Source: a virus
Length of the DNA stretch: 25,982 nt
IMG/VR virus record: IMGVR_UViG_3300044648_000427
Strand: one strand, 5' to 3'
The translations under genes were made by a program, and so were the position numbers. Each line of letters starts with the position of its first letter. Within the stretch, counting starts at the first letter, position 1. A model generated the notes under the pieces. That model worked only from the letters and a program-made list of their open reading frames with translations, did no database searches and was not told the DNA's origin. This document shows positions 15,680 through 22,076 of the stretch, piece after piece.

Positions 15680-16367
15680 TATTGAAGGTTTTCAAATGCA
15701 GCTTGACGATAAAGATTCGTTAGGATTATCTAAAGGGATTAATGATCCTTCGCAGGTAGCGGCAATAAGGAAATTCGCTAAAGGAACGGTAATTGATATT
15801 GGAGCAAATATTGGATTTACTACACTTTTAATGGGAGAAAAAGCTTCTCAAGTTTATGCGTTTGAACCAGAAAAGACCAATTTTCAACTTCTTAAATCAA
15901 ATGTTGAAGCAAATATTGATAAACTAGGAAGAGTTTCATTGTTCAATTTTGCCGTGGGAAACAAAAATGAAAAAATTGATCTGTATTTATGTGATTTCAA
16001 TCGTGGTATGCATAGAACATATCCTTCGAAGTGGTGTAAAGAAAAAGTACAAGTACAAATGGTAAGACTTGATGATTTAATAAATGATAAGATTGATTTT
16101 ATAAAGATGGATATAGAGGGAGCAGAATTCCCAGCGTTAAAAGGTATGATACAGATTTTAGAAACTTCTCATCCAGTGTTAATGATTGAATTTCATCCTC
16201 CATCAATAGCTGAATCGGGAGTAAATCCTGAAAAGATTCATAGATTTTTAACTCATGTAGGATATAATAAATTTAGTATGGTTGATGATTTAGCAAATCC
16301 TTTATCTTATTATCAAATAGAACAATATACACTATACGAAGCTGCGAAGAATCTCGTTTGTATGTAA
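15672..16367 (+). CDS. FkbM-family SAM-dependent methyltransferase
   Basis: IDIGANIG, VYAFEP, RLDD, IDFIKMDIEGAE motifs. Confidence 0.92.
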   Translation: MYNIEGFQMQLDDKDSLGLSKGINDPSQVAAIRKFAKGTVIDIGANIGFTTLLMGEKASQVYAFEPEKTNFQLLKSNVEANIDKLGRVSLFNFAVGNKNEKIDLYLCDFNRGMHRTYPSKWCKEKVQVQMVRLDDLINDKIDFIKMDIEGAEFPALKGMIQILETSHPVLMIEFHPPSIAESGVNPEKIHRFLTHVGYNKFSMVDDLANPLSYYQIEQYTLYEAAKNLVCM

Positions 16368-16400
16368 ACCTTTAAATATAATATAGACGCTCTCTTATTC

Positions 16401-16784
16401 TTGGTACTAATAACTAGAATAGGTATAATAGGTTCACGTAGTAGAGATTCTAATGATGATTTTAAGAAAACGTTAAAGGCTTTTTCAGACTTGATACAAA
16501 AATATCATGCTGAAGAAGGTGAAATAATGATTATTTCTGGAGGGGCGAAAAAGGGTGGAGATAGATTTGCTGAAATTATTGCTGATCAATTTGCTTGCCA
16601 TAAAACAATTTATTATCCACAATATAGACTTTATGGTAAGATTGCACCGATTGTAAGAAATACCCAAATAGCCAAGTTTTCTGATGCTCTTATAGCTTGT
16701 TGGGATAATAAGAGTGCAGGAACGGACAACGCTATCAAGACATTTAAGACTTTTCATCCGTTAGCTGACTTAATTGTTGTTTGA
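16401..16784 (+). CDS. SLOG-superfamily (YspA/DprA-like) protein
   Basis: IGIIGSR, IISGGAKKGGD..AE, APIVRN..IA, SAGT motifs; TATA at 16371. Confidence 0.8.
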   Translation: MVLITRIGIIGSRSRDSNDDFKKTLKAFSDLIQKYHAEEGEIMIISGGAKKGGDRFAEIIADQFACHKTIYYPQYRLYGKIAPIVRNTQIAKFSDALIACWDNKSAGTDNAIKTFKTFHPLADLIVV

Positions 16785-16819
16785 AAAGATTTATATAGGG
16801 TTTAGTATATATATAAATT

Positions 16820-16903
16820 GCAAGTCGTAGTTTCATCCATGGAAGAAGGGCTTTTTGGGTTTCTATTGTTTTCCCGTTTTCTCCCTTCTTCCACAATGTT
16901 TTT
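16820..16903 (+). ncRNA. Candidate hairpin sRNA
   Basis: AAAAGA-TTTATATA at 16790; 11-bp stem TGGAAGAAGGG/CCCTTCTTCCA with U-rich interior; T5 after it. Confidence 0.45.
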
Positions 16904-16927
16904 ATATGATCATTATACAATTCAGTT

Positions 16928-17143
16928 ATGAGATTTGAAGTTGATGAAGAAGAATTAGTAGATTTTATTCAAATGAAATATGAAAGTGATTATGCTGAAC
17001 GAATATTTAGAAACTTTGAAACTTTTAGACAAATTTTTGAGGAAGAAGTTAAAATATTAGAAGATGAATTTTTAGAAATATTAGAGTTTTGTGTTGATGA
17101 AGCTATAGAAAAAATGAATGAAAGGTTGAGGAATTCAGAGTGA
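16928..17143 (+). CDS. Highly acidic helical protein
   Basis: Very E/D-rich 71 aa; TATA-like box ~30 nt upstream. Confidence 0.65.
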   Translation: MRFEVDEEELVDFIQMKYESDYAERIFRNFETFRQIFEEEVKILEDEFLEILEFCVDEAIEKMNERLRNSE

Positions 17144-17460
17144 TTAACTTAGATTTACGTGAAATTGATGTTAAATTAGGCCCAGTATTAAAGTGGCATA
17201 ATAGAAGGAAACAACTTGAAAAAATTCAAATTAAACATGATAAAAGACCTCAAGGTGGGCGTTATCCGATTGCTTCTAAATATCTGGAAAGAATAAGTAA
17301 GCAACAGAAAGAAATTAATAAGCAACTTGTAGGTTTTGTATCTGAATATGAATCTAGAATTCGTTATAATTCTAATCATAACATTCGACCACAATATGTA
17401 CATAGTAAAGATTTTGGTAAAGTAGTTCCTGAGGACTTTACTACCGTTAGATATTTATGA
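17140..17460 (+). CDS. Basic hypothetical protein
   Basis: GTGA-coupled to the acidic protein gene. Confidence 0.6.
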   Translation: MINLDLREIDVKLGPVLKWHNRRKQLEKIQIKHDKRPQGGRYPIASKYLERISKQQKEINKQLVGFVSEYESRIRYNSNHNIRPQYVHSKDFGKVVPEDFTTVRYL

Positions 17461-17880
17461 ATGCTTGGATGATCTATGGTATAACAGTATCGATATTGGC
17501 ACAAGCATTATTTGTTGTGCTATCTTTGTTATAACGTCTCTCCAGTCCATCGTTACATCACGAATAACTATATCAGTGAAAGGTATGGGAATGGGATAAA
17601 TCCTGCTTAGGTAATAAAATACTACAATTGCTATTGTTCCAACTATCAGAACAAGATATGGAATTCTATATTGTGGAACAATTAATATGAAGGGTATAAC
17701 CAACATATATCCAAAACCAATTAGAGCAAAGAATGCGTATTCTGCATGTGTTTTAATTTTCTTCGTCTCTGATGTTGCTTTATCATGTGCTTGTTTTTCT
17801 ATTGCAGCATGTTCAAAATATATGTAAATAGTTGGAATAACACAAATTAAAAAAATAAAATAAAGAAATTTAGTGTTCAT
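17455..17880 (-). CDS. Multi-TM membrane protein
   Basis: 3-4 hydrophobic helices. Confidence 0.7.
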   Translation of the reverse strand: MNTKFLYFIFLICVIPTIYIYFEHAAIEKQAHDKATSETKKIKTHAEYAFFALIGFGYMLVIPFILIVPQYRIPYLVLIVGTIAIVVFYYLSRIYPIPIPFTDIVIRDVTMDWRDVITKIAQQIMLVPISILLYHRSSKHS

Positions 17881-18116
17881 TAGTGTTCTTGGTCTGCTTC
17901 ATAAATATCTTTCAATTCATTTATTGCGGTTTCTAATTCTTCTTGTGCTGCTTTAGTATCGCCTTCATTTAGATATATTTGTACTTCTTCTAATATTGTC
18001 ATTATTTTTCCTGCTACCATTCCTGCTCCACCTGTAGCTTCGGATTGGTTTGGTGTGAATGCTACTGCTATTAATAATATTCCTATTACAATTCCTAAAA
18101 TATTTGATGTCTTCAT
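17880..18116 (-). CDS. Secreted/anchored helical-hairpin protein
   Basis: Signal peptide then ILEEVQIYLNEGDTKAAQEELETA. Confidence 0.65.
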   Translation of the reverse strand: MKTSNILGIVIGILLIAVAFTPNQSEATGGAGMVAGKIMTILEEVQIYLNEGDTKAAQEELETAINELKDIYEADQEH

Positions 18117-18165
18117 TACCGTAGGTATAGAAATATTAATATATAAATGTTATCATTATTGTGGT

Positions 18166-18444
18166 ATGAGTAAATGTAGCTTTTGTACTAAACCTTCAAT
18201 TATAGGTTATATTGATGGATCTATTCAAAAAAATGTTTGCCAATTTCATTATAAAGTTAAACTCATCAAAGATATTGAACTTGAAGAACCAGTAAAACCA
18301 ATTTGTAATTTATGCGGTAAAGGTATTTGCCGTTATGATTCGTTAGGTGTTGTGGGGAATACAGCATTAGTAACCTTTATATGCACTAATTGTAAAGAGT
18401 ATTCTACGGTGAAAAAGGATATTGACAGTTACTTTACAGTTTGA
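18166..18444 (+). CDS. Double Zn-finger protein
   Basis: Start moved to MSKCSFC (TATA at 18136, +30); CSFC...CQFH and CNLCG...CTNC. Confidence 0.7.
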   Translation: MSKCSFCTKPSIIGYIDGSIQKNVCQFHYKVKLIKDIELEEPVKPICNLCGKGICRYDSLGVVGNTALVTFICTNCKEYSTVKKDIDSYFTV

Positions 18445-18946
18445 TGATCAACGGGATAAGTTAAAAACATTTATCAACAAGTTTGTTCGTAAAGGAGAAT
18501 TTAAACTTAAGTCAGGGATAATTAGTGATAAATATTTTGATATAAAATCTTTATTTTGCAATGGAAGTTTTGCGTTATATACGGCGAAATGTATTCAGGT
18601 TTCTAATGATATAAAATATGTTGGGGGGATGGAAACGGGAGCAACGCCCTTCGTTACTGCTATAAGTGTATCATTTAATTATTTACCCGCATTTAGAATT
18701 CGTAAGAAAGCTAAATCTTATGGATTGGATGGACGGGTTATAAGTTATTGGAATCCCATGATTGGAAAGTGCATACTTGTAGATGATGTGATTACAACAG
18801 GATCTAGTATAGATGAATGTGTGAGAGTTTTAAAGAAGGAAGGTCATCAATTAGAGGTTGATTCTGTAGTATGTATTGTTGATAGAACTAGAGGAAAATA
18901 TACTAAATATCCGATTGTTTCGTTTTATGTTGAGGATGATTTTTAA
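18422..18946 (+). CDS. pyrE: Orotate phosphoribosyltransferase
   Basis: GEFKLKSG..SDKYFD, IRKKAKSYG loop and PRPP motif LVDDVITTGSS. Confidence 0.88.
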   Translation: MTVTLQFDDQRDKLKTFINKFVRKGEFKLKSGIISDKYFDIKSLFCNGSFALYTAKCIQVSNDIKYVGGMETGATPFVTAISVSFNYLPAFRIRKKAKSYGLDGRVISYWNPMIGKCILVDDVITTGSSIDECVRVLKKEGHQLEVDSVVCIVDRTRGKYTKYPIVSFYVEDDF

Positions 18947-19620
18947 TACTTTTTTGGTTCAAAGACGATTCTCCTTGGTTTGATTCCTGCATAATAGTTT
19001 GTCATTAATGAACCCCTTCCTTCACGTAAATGAATTATTTCTACTTGTTTATCACAAATCATTGGTATTCCTCTTATATTGCATTGATAGCTGAAATTCG
19101 TATCAAGGCAACAACCTTGAGCATACTTAAGTCCATTCCATTTTGCATCATCATCAAATTCAATTCTTTCTACTATATCACGGCGAATTGTGGTTAAACT
19201 GAATCCTTGCCATTTGACTTGAAAGTAACGGGGCATTTTCGTTAAATCCTGTTTCGTAAGTAGCTGATATTGGCGAGCGGCCCTTTCCATAGGTTCGGGA
19301 TAGAGGCTTAGCGTTACATCGTTTATTTGGTCAGTGAGATTAATGTTTGAAAATCCTGTGATTACCGGAGGATTGAATTTTTCAATGTCCTCTATAAGTG
19401 TTTGGATTTCTTTTTCTGTGAATAGCACGTCATCAGGGCACAAGCATAAATGACTATACTCAGGATGCATTAAGAACCAGAGGCGAAGACTGTAGTAAGC
19501 ATCAGCTTCGGGTTGGAAATACTGGATTCGTAATTTATCAATATTATTTATTTTACTGATTGAGTCTTGGAATTGAGGAAGATCTCTTGGGTTTAAAATT
19601 CCAAGTAGAACGTTAGTCAA
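18943..19620 (-). CDS. GT-A fold (GT2-like) glycosyltransferase
   Basis: YSHLCLCPDDV, GFSLTTIRRDIVE, DTNFS..C...GIP..CD..V...H motifs. Confidence 0.75.
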   Translation of the reverse strand: MTNVLLGILNPRDLPQFQDSISKINNIDKLRIQYFQPEADAYYSLRLWFLMHPEYSHLCLCPDDVLFTEKEIQTLIEDIEKFNPPVITGFSNINLTDQINDVTLSLYPEPMERAARQYQLLTKQDLTKMPRYFQVKWQGFSLTTIRRDIVERIEFDDDAKWNGLKYAQGCCLDTNFSYQCNIRGIPMICDKQVEIIHLREGRGSLMTNYYAGIKPRRIVFEPKKY

Positions 19621-20293
19621 GTTTAAATAACTGTTTGTTTACTTCTTCATCTTTGTCAAGTTTATATAACTGCTTGGTTATTTTTTCAATTTTTAGTTCC
19701 GTATTCTTCAATATTTCATTCATTTCTTTTTGTAATTTTATATGATCTTTTGCAGGATTTCCCCAAACTGTTGTTCCTCTTGTGATTGATTTCGTTACAA
19801 CGCTGCCTGCCCCTACTACGACTTTTTCCCCGATGGTAATTCCCGGCAATAACGTACATCCTACGCCTATTTTAGCCCCTTTACAAATTCTTGTTTGTTG
19901 AGGTTCGAATGCCTTAGTTGCTGGCCAATCAATGTATTTATCGTTGCTTAATTGTGCTCCATTTCCTAGAAATACATTATCTTCGATTATGGTGTTAAAT
20001 GGAATACATACATGGGTTCCTACCCGTACATTATCTCCTATTATTATTCCTTTCCCTTCAAATGTGCAATGTCCTCCAATGTGACAATTTTTACCGATCT
20101 TTATTCCTGCTCTCAGTTGAACGAAAGGCCCTATAATACAGTTTTCTCCGATCTCTACGTCTTCTTCAATTAAACTGTAAGGCTCTAATCTTACACTATC
20201 ATGAATCTTAGCGTTATAATTAATTGTAAATCTATCATCTTCTATTAAATCTTCCCAATTTTGTTTAAGCTCACTATATCTTATTGCTGGCAT
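19613..20293 (-). CDS. Hexapeptide-repeat (LbH) sugar N/O-acyltransferase
   Basis: IGENCIIG/IGKNCHIG/IGDNVRVG repeats, SND, VGAGSVVTK...WGNPAK. Confidence 0.9.
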   Translation of the reverse strand: MPAIRYSELKQNWEDLIEDDRFTINYNAKIHDSVRLEPYSLIEEDVEIGENCIIGPFVQLRAGIKIGKNCHIGGHCTFEGKGIIIGDNVRVGTHVCIPFNTIIEDNVFLGNGAQLSNDKYIDWPATKAFEPQQTRICKGAKIGVGCTLLPGITIGEKVVVGAGSVVTKSITRGTTVWGNPAKDHIKLQKEMNEILKNTELKIEKITKQLYKLDKDEEVNKQLFKLD

Positions 20294-20296
20294 ATA

Positions 20297-21172
20297 TTAA
20301 TCGTGAAGATTAGTAAAATTTAAGGGTTTCGGTTGGAGGGTGTGAGGGCATGATTTTTTATCTCTTTTCCCTAAATTACAATTATAACATAGAACTTGAT
20401 AATCTTGGGGGAATTGATTTACTTTCAACCACTGGTAGAAATTTCTATTGCCTATTTGTTTTCTATGTTTAGTACCATTACCATTAATATGGTCAATACT
20501 AAGAAAATTAATTTCATTTTCTCCACAGCATTTACAGAAAGGAATTTCATTATTTGAATAATGAATTAATGCTATTTTTTTGTAATTTATATATCGTTTA
20601 TTATATATTTTACTATTAAATATAATTCTTTGATGAAAACATATGTTATTATTATGTTTATTTAAGTTACAATTATAACATAATACTTGAAATCCAATGG
20701 GAAGATTATTTTTTAATAACCAACTGTAAAGGTCATGAGATCCAGATTCAATTCTATGTTTGTTACCGTTTCCATTTATATGGTCTATACATAAAAAATT
20801 AATATTTTTTTCGTTACAACAATTACATTGAATTATTCCTTTAGGATTGGTGTAATATTCAAGTACTTTAATTTTATTGTTTTTATTCCATTCTATTCTG
20901 TTTTTTAGACGTTTTTCTTTATATTTTATATCCGAATGATAAAGGTTATAATTTTTCTGTGCTATTTCTTCTTTATGATTATAATAATATTTGAGTGATT
21001 GTCTATTACGTTTTTGACTATTTTTTATATGATATTTATTCCACATTGTTTTAATGCATTCTTTACATTGATTTCTGTTTTTATGGAAGTTTGACATTTC
21101 TTTGAATTTAAAACATTTATTGCATCTTTTATCACCACTTTCATTGAAAACTTTTTTTAAACGTTTATTCAA
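20297..21172 (-). CDS. Tandem double-HNH endonuclease
   Basis: Two copies of CxCC.E....FL.IDHINGNG..HR...QVLCYNCN, plus an N-terminal KRCNKC...F.....CKEC Zn module. Confidence 0.88.
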   Translation of the reverse strand: MNKRLKKVFNESGDKRCNKCFKFKEMSNFHKNRNQCKECIKTMWNKYHIKNSQKRNRQSLKYYYNHKEEIAQKNYNLYHSDIKYKEKRLKNRIEWNKNNKIKVLEYYTNPKGIIQCNCCNEKNINFLCIDHINGNGNKHRIESGSHDLYSWLLKNNLPIGFQVLCYNCNLNKHNNNICFHQRIIFNSKIYNKRYINYKKIALIHYSNNEIPFCKCCGENEINFLSIDHINGNGTKHRKQIGNRNFYQWLKVNQFPQDYQVLCYNCNLGKRDKKSCPHTLQPKPLNFTNLHD

Positions 21173-21246
21173 GCCTTGTCTAATATAAATGTTAACATAA
21201 AAATATTACTATAGTTAACAAATACTTCATTTTCCTTCATTTAGGT

Positions 21247-21663
21247 ATGACGGGTTCATACGCAAACATGGTAGATGTGCGTCGCCTAGCTGGTGGTATA
21301 GGAAGTATAAGCAACGAAGAGATGGAGGATTATCTTCTATCAGGTAATGTTTTGAGTGAAAGTTGTACAGGGTTAAAAGATTTATCTACATCAGATAATC
21401 GTTATCCATTGATGAAACAGTTAAGCGAGTATTACGCAAGTGCCATTATTCGTGATCATTACTCGGACAAGCTTAAAACTGCTAATACACATTTCGAGAG
21501 AGCTAAAGAATTATGTCAAGCAATTGTCGCTTTATCCTCTGGGGGAAGTACCTCAGCACGTAATGTCTCTCAAGGCTACAAAACGTCACCACTGAATGAA
21601 GACGGCGAGTACTTCAGCGACCGCTACATCAGTTCTGGAGTAACAGAAAATATATTTGATTAG
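21247..21663 (+). CDS. Head-tail adaptor-like protein
   Basis: N-terminal SYA...DVRRL, helical body with YYASAI; typical connector size (138 aa). Confidence 0.55.
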   Translation: MTGSYANMVDVRRLAGGIGSISNEEMEDYLLSGNVLSESCTGLKDLSTSDNRYPLMKQLSEYYASAIIRDHYSDKLKTANTHFERAKELCQAIVALSSGGSTSARNVSQGYKTSPLNEDGEYFSDRYISSGVTENIFD

Positions 21664-22040
21664 GAAACTATAAGGAATTTCCTATAAAATAACTGAAGAT
21701 CAAAAACAAAATGCCAATCAGTTTTAGCATTATCCCCATCAAACATTTGTCTAAAATCTAATATTTGAACTAAACTAATTCCTTCACCTACTAGGGCTGA
21801 TGGATTTTCTATTAATATTCTTTCTATTTCTTTTTGAATTTCCCCTACTTCTTCAGGTTCATCTTCACTTAAAGATTTTACATGAATGTGAATTTCAAGA
21901 ATTTTTGATTCATCAAAATTCGCCGTGGTAGAAGCAAACTCTATGGTAGTTTCAAATGGAACTATATTTATTTGGTATTCTGCTCCATGGTCAATATTAT
22001 CATCGGAAAATCTAATTTCATCAAGCGGTGGAAGAGGCAT
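21660..22040 (-). CDS. Tail-completion/terminator-like protein
   Basis: Acidic; beta-beta-helix (EIQKEIERIL)-beta-beta pattern; downstream of the fibre genes. Confidence 0.5.
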   Translation of the reverse strand: MPLPPLDEIRFSDDNIDHGAEYQINIVPFETTIEFASTTANFDESKILEIHIHVKSLSEDEPEEVGEIQKEIERILIENPSALVGEGISLVQILDFRQMFDGDNAKTDWHFVFDLQLFYRKFLIVS

Positions 22041-22076
22041 AAAATGTAAAATGTAAGCTTCGTATTTGAGTAGTAT

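Noticed and set aside
12061-17403. Minus ORFs 12061, 12625, 14222, 15029, 16485 and 17188
   Set aside because: Antisense to a tightly coupled plus-strand operon
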